In this document: positions 47,984 to 61,340 of the stretch, piece after piece | How positions within the stretch are numbered: the first letter of the stretch is position 1 | Layout of the letters: each line of letters begins with the position of its first letter | Source of the DNA: Octopus sinensis | Lineage: Eukaryota | DNA length: 64,000 nucleotides | Assembly: GCF_006345805.1 (NCBI RefSeq) | Contig: NC_043002.1 | Location: forward strand, 111,848,001 to 111,912,000 | Direction: 5' to 3' | Program-made: the position numbers and the translations under genes | The notes under the pieces: generated by a model | Database searches by the model: none | What the model saw: the letters and a program-made list of their open reading frames with translations, nothing else | What the model was told of the DNA's origin: nothing

Positions 47984-48539
47984 TAATATATATATTTATA
48001 TGTGTGTCTGTGTGTGTGTGTATGTGCGTGTGCGTGCGCGTGTTTGGGTGTATGTATGTGTATGCATGTATGTATGTATTTACATATTCTCTGTGCATTT
48101 TCAACTTCATATATTTCTTCTATTTCTTGTTTAGATTAGCAACGATTTATATATAAATGTAATATATATATATTGATATGTTTCAGGATGATCAGTTTTG
48201 TTTTGCCAATTAAACACACGCACTATATATTCGTGCTTCACTTGTTTATTATTGTTCTTATTTTGTCCATTTACTGGAAATCTTTCGTCACACACCTATG
48301 ACCTCTTCAGTGACTCTCCATCCCACGTATCTCCTCCTGTTCTGTTTAGTTCTTTCTGTCTTTCTATGGAGAGTATCCTTTGTGCCTGTGTATGTGTGCG
48401 GGCGTGTGTGTGTGTGTACGCTTCTCTGTGTGTTTTGTATGTGTGTTTTGTGTGTGTGTATTTGAATTTGCCTCCTATATTGTTTTATCCATGCCCTTTC
48501 TTATTTATCTATTTTATTTATTTATCTATTTTTTAACCA

Positions 48540-49400
48540 TGTACTCCTGCTATGTGGTTGATAGTATGGTGGCTAAAGCACCCCCACAAACCATCCAGCA
48601 AATAGCTAACCCCATCTACTAGAATATTAAAGTACCCTAGCAAGTGCCCAAACTATAGGCTTTGGTTGGAAACTAAGAATGATAATGTCTAGATCCTTCA
48701 TTCCCACTATGCCAAACCCATGACCTCTAAATACCTTATTCACAAGTACGTTGCTATTGCGGACAATGCCAAGTTCAATATCCTAATAGCGGACTAGAGG
48801 CGAATGATGAGAAATGAATCTCACATGTGCGACCCAACGGGATTGGAAAACACAAATACAACACTTCATCTACTGCATGCAGTTCTCTGGCGACAGCCAA
48901 AGTGATAGGATTAGAGAGTACAAAGAAGCCACCACTAAATACAAGGCCATCTGAGAGAATGATGCAAATGGGATTTGCCCACTATACAGAAGTAAATCCT
49001 GAGACAGCATGGAAGGACCATGAAGATACGTAGGGTTAACTTGCGGTATGACAACCAAAAATACCAGAGTGTCATGTTCGTTAGTGTTACCCCTGGCGGC
49101 GAACTAGCATATCTTTTTCGGAAAACATTAGATAAGGTAAATCTACGGATCAAAGTAGTAGAAAGGCCAGGAACCCCATAAAATCCCTGATCTTTAGAAC
49201 ATGTCCATTCGAAAGGCACCCATGTACGGAGAATAACGGTATATTATGTAAAAGGAATCCACAGATTAACTGTAAGGTTAGGATAGTAGTCTAAGGCATA
49301 CGGTGTACCGAGGGATGGTGCAGAAACAAGACAACTTACGTTGGTGAGGCGGCACGTAGCATAGGGGAGCGGAGAGGTGACCACTAGCGAGAGCTTAAAA
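48540..49400 (+). pseudogene. Penelope-like element relic: RT thumb + GIY-YIG endonuclease
   Basis: HYAKPMTSKYLIH...NILIAD*RRMMRN; SVMFVSVTPGGEL; IKVVERPG; YVGEAARSIGERRGDH at 49337-49384. Confidence 0.8.
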
Positions 49401-50371
49401 GGATTTGCAGCATATTGGGAGGTCCAGGGTACTTGATTTCACGCAATAAAAAAATCTGATTTTTTTCCTTAGTGAAAATCGTATGGGTGAAAAGATCAAT
49501 AGGGTGGGGCGAAATTTCCGAGGCTTCAACCTCACCCCATCCCGTTTTTCGGACCCCCAAAAGGGTTTTGTAGCACATTAGGAGGTCACAGGAATTCATT
49601 CAACGAAAAAAATTCCAATGATTCCGGGATGGGGGCCCACTCGCCCTATCCCCCTTTTTCCGAACCAAAATAAGGGATTAACAGCATATTAGGAGGTCAG
49701 GGTACTTGATTCCACGCAAAAAATACGAGTCTTTTCTTTTTTCTTAGTGAAAATCGTGCGGGTGTTAATCTAAAAATTTACCCTTTGTTTTTCTTTCTCG
49801 CCATTGCTAGACAGGTAACTTAACTCTTATTAGCAAACTTACGGATTTCACCGACGTAGAAATTGGTAAAAGTTATGGTTGAAAATCGATTTTTACCACT
49901 ATCCGTGGGTGTCTCGGGGAAAATATGTAGACAAAACACCAGCTAGGGTCGTGACGAAAGTGCTCCTAAAATTGGAGTGACATACGTGCTAATTTGTGGA
50001 CGTGCATAAATTATAGTCACGTACACCCCCCACACACACACACACACATCCTGCCTTTTATAGATAAACAGATTTATGGGAGAGACTGTCTTTAAAGTCT
50101 CATATTGTTGTTGAATGCTTGAAATGAGGAGTAGATAGACAGCCGACACCTCGCGAAGGGTCCTTTCTCTGTGTTCTCGTTGTTTATGTATTTCATGTTA
50201 TTTGCACCGTTGGTGATGTCGTGCATGTGTGTGTGTGTGTGTGTGTGTGTGTTTGTGTGTGTGTATGTGTGTGTATGTGTGTGTGTGTGTGTGTACGTGA
50301 ATGTAATTTATGCACGTGTGTGTGTATAACTTTTCCTTTTTTCTGGGCCCTTCTTTTTTTTATTTATTCCT

Positions 50372-50487
50372 CACTCTGATGAAGCTCTATGTTTCAGATC
50401 GGTTTTTATTACCAAATATGATAAATATTTTTTAGCATCTCAATGGAAATATCATACAACATTGGAAACAGAAACAGCTGTTAGATG
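50372..50487 (+). ncRNA. Decayed hammerhead-like motif with PLE-type tail
   Basis: CTGATGA 50376-50382; GAAAC 50471-50475; palindromic ACAGCTGT; stem I CACT/AG(A)TG. The 3' strand of stem II is largely missing. Confidence 0.5.
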
Positions 50488-50564
50488 GGATGCAGTTTAT
50501 TTGTATTTAATAAATAAAGAATAATGTATTTAATTAATAAGAATAATGTATTTCTCCATTTAAT

Positions 50565-50915
50565 TTATCGACCCCGAAAGGATGAAAGGCAAAGTCGACC
50601 TCGGCGGAATTTGAACTCAGAACGTAACGACAGATGAAATACTGCTAAGCATTTCGTCCGGCGTGCTAACGATTTTGACAGCTCGCCCTGTTAGCTTACC
50701 AAATTATTCTTTTCTGCTTAGACGCCAGGCCCGAAATTTGGGGGAAGGGGCCAGTCAATTAGATTTACCCCAGTATACAACTGGTATTTAATTTATCGAC
50801 CCTAAAAGGAGAAAGGCAAAGTCGATCTCGGCGGAATTTGAACTCAGAACGTAGACTGACGAAATACCGCTAAACATTTGGCTCGGCATGCTAACGTTTC
50901 TGCCAACTCGCCACC
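50565..50915 (-). mobile_element. Two adjacent SINE C copies
   Basis: Two head+core units; the second carries tail ii. Confidence 0.85.
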
Positions 50916-51400
50916 TCAAATACCAGAATATTGGCAGCTTTATACACACCTCACCCGTCAAAGACTTGGAGACCAAAACAGAAAACTAACTTTTAACAGT
51001 TCGGGTTTGTAGCTGGTTTGGAAGATTCTTCATGTGAATTCGTGTGTTGAAACAAATTTCTTTATTGGCGTCCATTGTCCACTGACATAAATTTGTCTGC
51101 TTAGTGTACACAAGTGCGTCTATTTTATCCTCCCAGAAGATCTGAAAAAGTAAATAGGATGTGTCACGTAATACGTCTGCTCCGTCACATGAAAAGACGT
51201 AAGAATATGAATTGATCTTTATGAGCACAAAATAGTTTAATTTCACAAATTCTGGACGTAATAGAAAAATTTTAAAGACTCATTTGAAATTAAAGTACTA
51301 CGATTACCCAGAAACGCGTTTTTCTTCCACTTGAAACAAAATTTTTGTTACCTCCTAAAATAATAGTTTGGAAAATTAGAATACTGTTCGATATATCTCT

Positions 51401-51817
51401 CTCTTTACTCTTACTCTTTACTCTTTTACTTGTTTCAGTCATTTGACTGCGGCCATGCTGGAGCACCGCCTTTAGTCGAGCAAATCGACCCCAGGACATA
51501 TTCTTTGTAAGCCCAGTACTTATTCTATCGGTCTCTTTTGCCGAACCGCTAAGTGACGGGGACGTAAACACACCAGCATCGGTTGTCAAGCAATGCTAGG
51601 GGGACAAACACAGACACACAAACACATATACACACATATATATATATATACATATATACGACAGGCTTCTTTCAGTTTCCGTCTATCGAATCCACTCACA
51701 AGGCATTGGTCGGCCCGAGGCTATAGCAGAAGACACTTGCCCAAGATGCCACGCAGTGGGACTGAACCCGGAACCATGTGGTTGGTAAGCAAGATACTTA
51801 CCACACAGCCACTCCTG
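51401..51817 (-). mobile_element. SINE family B
   Basis: Full length. Confidence 0.92.
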
Positions 51818-52536
51818 TATACACATCTTTTTTTAAAATTTATTTTTCGAGCTCTGTAGAATTAGCGGCAAAGAACTGAGACCTCCCAACCTTACTTGGA
51901 TCCTCATTTTAAAATATTCCAAATTACTTATTCATTAAAGATAAGTAGAAAGATGTGAATACTACACATCATTTTCTTTCCTTTCGAAATCCGTTGTCCT
52001 GTTCATAGCCAATATAAATTTATACTGCATTTTATGTAAAAAAAATTTATATTGAGCCTCAACGTATTCGTCTTCTGTTTGAGATACATGTGTAGTTTTT
52101 TTGGGGGCGGGGGTGTTGAGTTCTCCAGAGAGAATTTTGAGTTCACCAAATCTAGATAGTATAAAATAACTTCTCAGGATTTCTCACATTTATAACTATT
52201 CTACTATCTGGAGCTATTTGGAAAACCTTCACTCCACGCAAACACTCGACCTGTAACATATTGCAGATAAACCTTCCTGAAATACTACCCTACTGTCTTA
52301 AAGATAATCATCACATCACACTAGAATATCAATGAAGAAAGGAAAAATACTTTTACAAACTTCGAAAAGGCACAATGGAATTAATTGCTTCAAAATATAG
52401 AATCAAGCTGTTCAGAATTCGCCATTACTTTCACCATTACTTTCATTATCATAAGTAATACCAACAACGGGGACGCCAGATCCCATGTCACAATAACAAT
52501 TGTAAAATATTCACACTGCAACACTTTTATCAGACA

Positions 52537-52933
52537 CTAGCAGTATCGCCCGGCGTTGCTCGGGTTTGTAAGGGAAATAACTATATAAGCATTTTTAGAG
52601 AGTTATAGCCAAAAAATAGCAAAAAAATGCATTAAAAATGGAAAAAAAATGATGGTAATTTTTTTTTAAATCGTTGACTCATCGTAGATATTTTTAGAGA
52701 GTTACTTCCCTTACATAATAGCGAAAAAAATGCATTAAAATGGAAAAAAATGGTGGTAATTTGTTTTTAAATCGTAGACTCATCGTAGACGCGCGCTAAT
52801 ACCCAGAAGGGCTCGATATGAATCACGACTATAAGATAGCCGGTTTTGGTTAAACTGCACCGCAAAATGTGGGAGTAGTTAGGAATCTAAATCATAGGAG
52901 AGAGACACACAACTTCACTTTTATATATAAAGA
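52537..52933 (-). mobile_element. Non-autonomous Helitron D
   Basis: A|TC...CTAG|T, duplication variant. Confidence 0.92.
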
Positions 52934-53992
52934 TTTCTCGGAGATCAACCATTAAAACTTACACAAGAGAAAACAAAAACACAAAAGATTAAATACGTAC
53001 CCTCTACCTAGACTGCAGTTTGGATTGCGATTCGTCGTTCGGTCAGCTACTGGTGTGCCTTGGACACTCCATCATAGTTTGCCTGGAGCTACATAACAAC
53101 AGCAACACCAAACAATTCCGCCATCTCCATAAGTTATCGAAGGACCTTTTAAGTAGTCACTCGACCTGTTAAACATAGTAGATAGTAACCAAAGTTTCTT
53201 CAAATTGTATCTTATTGTTTAAAAAACAAAAGGACAAATTAATAATTTGAATCCACGAAAGACAGACCTGTGACAAAACAACAACAACAACTCAACCATA
53301 TGTTGTAATTAGTGATTACTAATTACTTGGTGACAGACTATTTACCTTAAAGTATTTAGTTCAGTGTCTTTATGTTCTCGTCCCACTAGATTCGATTTTT
53401 GTCTCACCTTGCACCTTGGCTGATATAGAATAAGAACCATCCAATGTACTGGATTACTTATAAATGACAAGGCCCCCTTCCCCTACTAATTCATGGTCAG
53501 ATTTAAATGATAAAATGTATAGTCATTACATTCTTCTTATCGTTCGGAAAAGCATGACAATGACTTCTAAATTTCCCCACTTTTGATTACAGGAAGTTTG
53601 TTTTTTATTTATTGATTTTTTTATAGTTAAATTTTATTTGTTAAACAATTGTAAAACCTAGTGCCTTTGATAGTTCTGTTAGTAGGTTACATACACCTAA
53701 TTACAGAACCTACTTAACTTAGGTGAACTATGCATGTAAGAGTCAAGAAACTTTGCCATAGAGAGAGTGCAGTGTTTCCTTCTGAATACAAACACCTTCG
53801 ACTTACAGAGCCATTTACAAACATATGAAACCATTCTAAGGAACCCGTAGAAGTAATAATGGAGATATGGAATGTCTTCCAGGGCTCATAATTTCCAGTT
53901 TCAGTCTTAGCGTACGAAAAAAATATACACACATACACGAAAACATTTACAGGCATACAATATGAATATAAACATAAAAATTAATATACACG

Positions 53993-54088
<96 letters not shown>

Positions 54089-55514
54089 GCGTACATATAT
54101 ATGTACACGTGTATGTGTGTGTGTGTATGTGTGTGTAAATTTGCTGAAACACAGTCTAACCAGCACCTCAACAGGAAAACTCTCGACTTTCAAACACTTG
54201 AATATCCTGTTCTTGTCGTTGTAGTTAATACTGCCACTGTTTTTGTTGTCGTTGTTGTTGTTGTTACTGTTGATTGCGGTCAACCGGCAGTAGCAACTTG
54301 GCTGATTGTAGCTCATTCTGAAAAAAACAGAGAACAGAAAACCACTCCAGATTTGTTCTCAATCCAAAAGTTATGCGAAGGTTGTATACTACGTTATTTT
54401 ATCTAGAGAAGCCCTTGTAAAGTAACACACTTATTAGTTCGTTCAGTAAAATCACAGCGAGTTGTAAAACAGGAACAAATAATTTGTTTCCTCCATCTAC
54501 AAACGACGGAAACTATCGTAAATATACAAAATTCAATGGAATCGTACGTCTCAATTCTGTGATTAACTGAAATCTTCTAGATTTTGCTTGAAACTCAACA
54601 GTTTATTGCAAAATATTCACCAATATTAAATAATAACTGACATACTGTTGTTTTTAACTGGAGGTAAGTTCAAAAACCTCTTCACTAATTTACAGCACGA
54701 AATTATTTTCTTTATTTAATTACTATTTTCTGTTTATTGTTGCTTTTGTTTTTATGGCTGTCTAGCGTTTGTTATCCCAGATGACAACTAGATTAAAAGC
54801 AATCCACCTGTCATCATCACACCTGTACGAGTTTATTTGAATTATGTTGTCCAATGTGTCATTTTCTTGATTAAGATGGTAGGGTGTGATTTGAGGACGA
54901 TTTGGTTGATATTTCTTGCAGGTCCTGTTAAAGTTGTTTAGCAGGTCCTGTTAAAGTTGTTTAAAGTTGTTTAGCACAGTTTCCAACTGTGACCGTCCTA
55001 TCTTTTTTGAAGGTACAGTACTCTGTTAAGAAAGTACAGCGTTATTTGAGGGAAATTTAGAAACTGTTTAGGAAACCTATGATCAGCAACGTTCCAACTG
55101 TGACCGTCCTATCTTTTTTGAAGGTACAGTACTCTGTTAAGAAAGTACAGCGTTATTTGAGGGAAATTTAGAAACTGTTTCTCACAAATCGAGTAACAAC
55201 ATAGAATTTCCCTCGAATGTTTTCTTCGTTCGTTCGTTTTGTATTTTCCTAGCATTGCTGATTGTAGTTACTTCATGTTGCCATTTACTGCTAAATATGT
55301 TGCAGAAACTTTGAACCACTAATGTTCTTGAGGATTCGAGATTTTTGTTCCATAGCAAGGTTTTTGTTCTTAGCACTTCTTGCTAATGAAAGACATTCAT
55401 TTTGTATACTATTTGCACCTGTTGGTACAGCAGTAAGATGTATCTAGAAAGGGTGAGTCATTACAATTAGATAGATCTTGCCACGATTGTTAAGTAACTC
55501 CATTTTAGATGCAT

Positions 55515-55750
55515 TAGTGCAGGTATGGTGATGTGGCTAAGAAACTTGCTTTGCAGCCACTGGGTTCCGGGTTCGATCATATTGCATGGAACCGTGGGCA
55601 AGTAGTATCGTCTACAATACATCAATATCATATGAGTTGAATTTGCAACGCGGAAACAGTGCGGTAACCTGTTATATGTGTGCATGTACATGTATAAGGA
55701 CATGTGTGCATGTGAGTTTGTCTGTGCATGATACAACACCACCAGTTAAA
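55515..55750 (+). mobile_element. SINE family B, degenerate 5' part
   Basis: GGTGATGTGGCTAAGAAACTTGC...GGTTCCGGGTTCGAT head remnant. Confidence 0.55.
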
Positions 55751-56403
55751 AACCGATGCTAAGTCAAAACGGTAATTTACCAGCTCGACAATTATGGATC
55801 AATAAAATAAATATTAGATTGAAACAAATACTAGAGCCGATATGGACGACAAAAACCCTTGAACGCAATGCGTCAACTTGCACAACACCAAGAGAGAACC
55901 CAGTAAAGGAATAAACGGTTCACAGCTGACGGGTTAATTACTGGTACACTACTGAGCTGGATTAATAAAAATCAAAAAATTAATAATCCTAATTCATCAA
56001 ACTTTAGCACGATGAAGTATTACTTTACATATTTTACTACTAAATACGCTAGGATGTTCATGCTTTTCCTTAATCTATCAGAATGAACTATCTTCCTCCA
56101 AGAATTGAGCACAGGCTCACCAAATAAATAAAAATGAATTCTAGATTAATTGAAAGAACTCATTACAGTTCTATATAAAATATGTATCACGATTGGGTAT
56201 AATTCCAGGCTGTAAGCAGCTGTGTTACTGATCAGTTAAAGATTATTTCGTCAATTTAATAGTTGAATTATTGTTCTTTAGACATGAATAGATAGGTGCA
56301 AACTAGTATTAGGCCGAGGCCAGGTGTGAAATGTAGATCTCAAACTGCAGTTCAAACTACTCAGAAAATATTTTAATAATCAGTGTTCTTTCTGTTATTT
56401 TAC

Positions 56404-56634
56404 CTTCTTTTACTTGTTTCAGTCATTTGACTGCGGCCATGCTGGAACAATGCCTTAAGGGGTTTTAGTATATACGATGGGCTTCTTTCAGTTTCCGTCT
56501 ACCAAATTCCGCTCACAAGGATTTGATCGGCGCGAGACTATAGTAGAAGACACTTACCAAAGGTGTCACGCCGTGAGACTGAACCCAGAACTATGTGGTT
56601 GGGAAGCAAGCTTCTTACCACATAGCCACGCCTG
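56404..56634 (-). mobile_element. SINE family B, internally deleted
   Basis: Head and tail are joined without the microsatellite block. Confidence 0.75.
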
Positions 56635-56917
56635 TTAAATACATGTGATTTACATATGGTTGGAATTATGCATACGTATGATGTGCCTATAATCACCAGA
56701 ACAGAATGCAAGAACTAGACCGACATTTAACCAATAAAGGTTCCTCGCTTTACTTCTAACCCGGGAAAGATGGCTACTGCATATTGTAGACCTGTGCCAG
56801 CCTCCACCCCCTCTCACAGGGTCTGGATATGGGTCGTGATATAAGTGCACAACTATAGAAGTTCGGCATTGTCAGTTATATCATTAAACATTTTTATATA
56901 GGAGAGTTCATAGAAAA

Positions 56918-57310
56918 GTGGAGGCGCAATGGCCCAGTGGTTAGGGCAGCGGACTCGCGGTCGTAGGATCGCGGTTTCGATTCCCAGACCGGGCGTTGTG
57001 AGTGTTTATTGAGTGAAAACACCTAAAAGCTCCACGAGGCTCCGGCAGGGGATGGTGGTGATCCCTGCTGTACTCTTTCACTACAACTTTCTCTCACTCT
57101 TTCTTCCTGTTTCTGTTGTGCCTGTATTTCAAAAGGGCCGGCCTTGACACTCTCTGTGTCACGCTGAATATCCCTGAAAACTACGTTAAGGGTACACGTG
57201 TCTGTGGAGTGCTCAGCCACTTACACGTTAATTTCACGAGCAGGCTGTTCCGTTGATCGGATCAACCGGAACCCTCGTCATCGTAACCGACGGAGTGCTT
57301 CTTTCTCTTC
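56918..57310 (+). mobile_element. SINE family A
   Basis: TSD TCATAGAAAA at 56908-56917 and 57311-57320. Confidence 0.92.
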
Positions 57311-57505
57311 TCATAGAAAAATTCAATAAATCTAATTGTGAGGAGTACAGAATGTAACGTTTTCTACTTTACGTCTCCGCCTGATAGTAAGGAAGATAGA
57401 AAGAGTTGTCACATTGACTGCACTCGAAGGGGATACATTAAAAGCGGTGAGGAGGTGGAAATATTGATGTAAGGATTAAATTTATTCAGCTCTTTTATTG
57501 ATTAA

Positions 57506-57883
57506 CTAGCAGTATCGCCTGGCGTTGCTCGGGTTTGTAAGGGAAATAACTATATAAGCATTTTTAGAGATGTAAAGTATAATAGCCATCTCAATATGGC
57601 TTACCACAAAGGGGGGGGTGTTACTGTAGCTTTGATAATAAATTTTTAGAGAGTTACTTCCCTTATATATGCCAAAATGCATTAAAAATGGGAAAAATTG
57701 ATGGTAAATTTTTTTAAATCGTAGACTCATCGTAGACGCGCGCTAATACCCAGAAGGACTCAATATGAATCACGACTATAAGATACCCGGTTTTGGTTAA
57801 ACTGCACCGCAAAATGTGGGAGTAGTTAGGAATCTAAATCGTAGGAGACAGACAGCACACAACCTCACTTTTATATATAAAGA
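57506..57883 (-). mobile_element. Non-autonomous Helitron D
   Basis: A|TC...CTAG|T. Confidence 0.92.
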
Positions 57884-60207
57884 TTATTGTAGATGCAGAT
57901 CTTCACCAGTTTCTTTGTATTCTCGTTTTCTATCCAGGACAGTATAAACGAATAGTGATACATTTTACAAAATGTAAAATGAACTTGATTCATGACTAAA
58001 AAGAAATGAGAACTGACGATGTTCAAGACCTTCTTTGAAGCATTCATGTTTCATTTACTCACTTGATAACCCCTTCATAACTCCTTATGCGTGCACTGCA
58101 CTCTATTACTGTGCCTTGTGTCCTTCGCTTAACTTCTTTGGGGACACCAAAATATTTCCATCAAACCTTAAGCACCTGCCAATATTCCTTAATATACTGT
58201 TAATCATATATAAAACGATTTTTGAAACACGTCTAACGATAAACCAGGTGATTGTATTTTGCCCTTCAGATGATAACAAAGTTGTGACGATGCTACAAAA
58301 TGCGAGATTAGAGAGTTTAAAGAATAACATGAGGATAAGAAGAAGTCGTTAGACATACACATACACACACACACACACATACTAGATAACTTAGGAATTA
58401 AAATACAAATGTAAATAGAGAAACAGCTTGATAGATAAATAGAAGTATAGACATCGAAACACAACTATTTAATAACTAATTAAAAATGTATAAAACAGTT
58501 TATATATACATACATGCATGTATTATGCACGCATGTATGTGTGTATATATATATATGTATCTTACATACATACATATATATACATACATACATACATACA
58601 TACATACATACATACATACTACATACATACATACATACATACATACATACATACATCGATGTATGTGTGTATGTGTGTACTAATACTCTTCAAATGTTTA
58701 AATATTTATGCTACCCTAAAACAAATGTTTAAACATTTGAAAAATGAACTTTAAGCCGATCATCTGGTGATCTCTGGTGATCAATCACCGTAACCAGATG
58801 ATTAAACTTCTCTACCGCCACACAATTATTTGCCTTCTGTTCTTTTTATAATTACTTACTCTATGTTAGATAGAAGTTTATGACATCTGTTGTATTATGC
58901 AAAAAAAGAAATCAGGGAAGGCGGATATGTAAGGATCTTTTTCTTCTTTATTACTTTCTATTATGCAGCTGAGTTGAGGAAAGAATGTTGAATGATTAAT
59001 GTATTTCACTAACAACTAATACAACATGAGTTCAAAACCTGTTGCATTCGATTTGTTAGTTTTCCAACAAACGAATGACGAAATAATTGCTTGCAGCATT
59101 GATCCTGCTCAGGACTACACTACTTGCAAGAACAGTTCAAGAATGCAGTTAATTTGAGGCACCACACATACAAACGCAGAATCAAATATACGCACAGTTA
59201 CAAGTCGACGAGGGGGCCACTTTGTGATCGCTCGACTTACTAGAAATTTCTATTAATCGTGTTATATTGCTTGTTAAATGCAACAATATATTCCACAACC
59301 TTTAAAAAAGGACAAGATGATCATGGTGTAATGTCTTTGATTGTAGATGAGTTCGATAAGTAATAACCTATTTGGCAGACTTTCTCCTCTTTTAGTTCCA
59401 TATAGTTCCTAATATAACTAAACCCACATTTGTAGAGTCACATTATATAATGCTATAGACTAGTCACTGGAAAGTGATTATAAGTGTAAAATATTGGTAG
59501 AAAAGGGCTTTGTGAGTGTTTTAATGAATGTATTTCTGTTGATGCGCAGCGATGTCGAATGGATGCGAATCATTAGAAAATTGAGTCGGTATTTTGATTT
59601 CGATGACAAATTGAAGCTATTTCATTTCATTTATATTTCCAATGTCCTTAGACATAAGAATGTCGCATTTATTTCCTGTCACCTGTTTTTGTTAATGTCT
59701 TGGGTAAAGATGTGGAAGTCGCGAATGTTTCAGTTCTTCCTTTCTCCTTCATATCAGCTGCTTACACACTGTAGGGTAACAACCAAGTGGCTAAAGGATT
59801 AGTCTTGCAACTCGCATGCAATATGCTTACATTTTCTGCTTCTGGACAGAACGCTAAATTCTACCTATCCACCCGACGGTCAAGAATAAATGCCCAGTAA
59901 ACTTACTTGCCTAAGACTGTCCTCCTAACCTGTGGGGAATTTATCTGTCACTAGTTTCGAACCTAATATTGCAACTGAGTACCAGATCTTAAACTTTTAC
60001 CCTATATGCAAGGAAACAGTACAATATTAAAGTCGCAGTATCTTAAACGTAAGCAGTCCAACACGCTAAAGGAAGCAACTCAAGATTGTGAGAATGTTGG
60101 TAGTTGTGATAATAGTGTTGGCTGCGACGTGTTCACGATAATAAGAGAAACAAAGAGAGAGAGAGAGTTGCTGACGTTTGATGTAGCTGTGTTGGTTACC
60201 ACAATAG

Positions 60208-60598
60208 TCTTTATATATAAAAGTTGTGTGTCTGTCTCCTACGATTTAGATTCCTAACTACTCCTACATTTTGCGGTGCAGTTTAACCAAAAGCGGGTAT
60301 CTTATAGTCGTGATTCATATCGAGCCCTTCTGGGTATTAGCACGCGTCTACGATGAGTCTACGATTAAAAAAAAAATTACCATCATTTTTTTCCATTTTA
60401 ATGCATTTTTTCGCTATTATATAAGGGAAGTTACTCTGTAAATATGTCTACGATGAGTCAACGATTTCAAAAAAAATTACCATAATTTTTTTTCCATTTT
60501 TAATGCATTCTTTTGCTATTTTTTGGCTATAAATCTCTAAAAATGCTTATATAGTTATGTCCCTTACAAACCCGAGCAACGCCGGGCGATGCTGCTAG
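60208..60598 (+). mobile_element. Non-autonomous Helitron D
   Basis: TC start, hairpin, CTAG|T end. Confidence 0.9.
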
Positions 60599-60914
60599 TC
60601 ACTAATAAGATCATATTAGTTGCAGCGATGGCAGCAATGGCGGCTATGGCAACGTTGGCAGCGGGTGTCGGTAACAGTGACGGCACCGAGGTAAAAAGAC
60701 AACGACGAAAAATTACATATTTCATTATTCAAATTATAACTTCTAAACTTTGTAGTTGTGATGACGGTGGTGATGTTTGTATTTTTGTTGTTGAATAGGT
60801 GGAGTTAGTTACTGGTGATGGTGATGGCAATCCTTTGTTTTTGTTTTTGTTTTTTTGTGGATAGTCATGGTAGTGATGAAAACTTCCCACGACAACGTTT
60901 TGGGCATCGTTTTC

Positions 60915-61148
60915 TTACTCTTTACTCTTTTACTCTTTTACTTGTTTCATTCATTTGACTGCGGCCATGCTGGAGCACCGCCTTTAATCGAGCAACTCGA
61001 CCCCGGGACTTATTCTTTGTAAGCCCAGTACTTATTCTATCGGTCTCTTTTGCCGAACCGCTAAGTAACGGGGACGTAAACACACCAGCATCGGTTGTCA
61101 AGCAATTCTAGGGGACAAACACAGACACACAAACACACACACGCATAC

Positions 61149-61179
<31 letters not shown>

Positions 61180-61340
61180 TACGACAGGCTTCTTTCAGTT
61201 TCCGTCTACCAAATCCACTCACAAGGCATTGGTCGGCCCGGGGCTATAGCAGAAGACACTTGCCCAAGATGCCACGCAGTGGGACTGAACCCGGAACCAT
61301 GTGGTTGGTAAACAAGCTACTTACCACACAGCCACTCCTG
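60915..61340 (-). mobile_element. SINE family B
   Basis: Full length. Confidence 0.92.

Noticed and set aside
58060-58290. Minus-strand exon with good splice signals, or a selenoprotein with in-frame TGA
   Set aside because: Every frame between the candidate acceptor and donor has stops, and I see no homology or SECIS support.
58759-58803. ATCATCTGGT/ACCAGATGAT hairpin as a pre-miRNA or terminator
   Set aside because: Too short for a pre-miRNA, partly explained by a local TCTGGTGATC duplication, and intrinsic terminators do not apply here.
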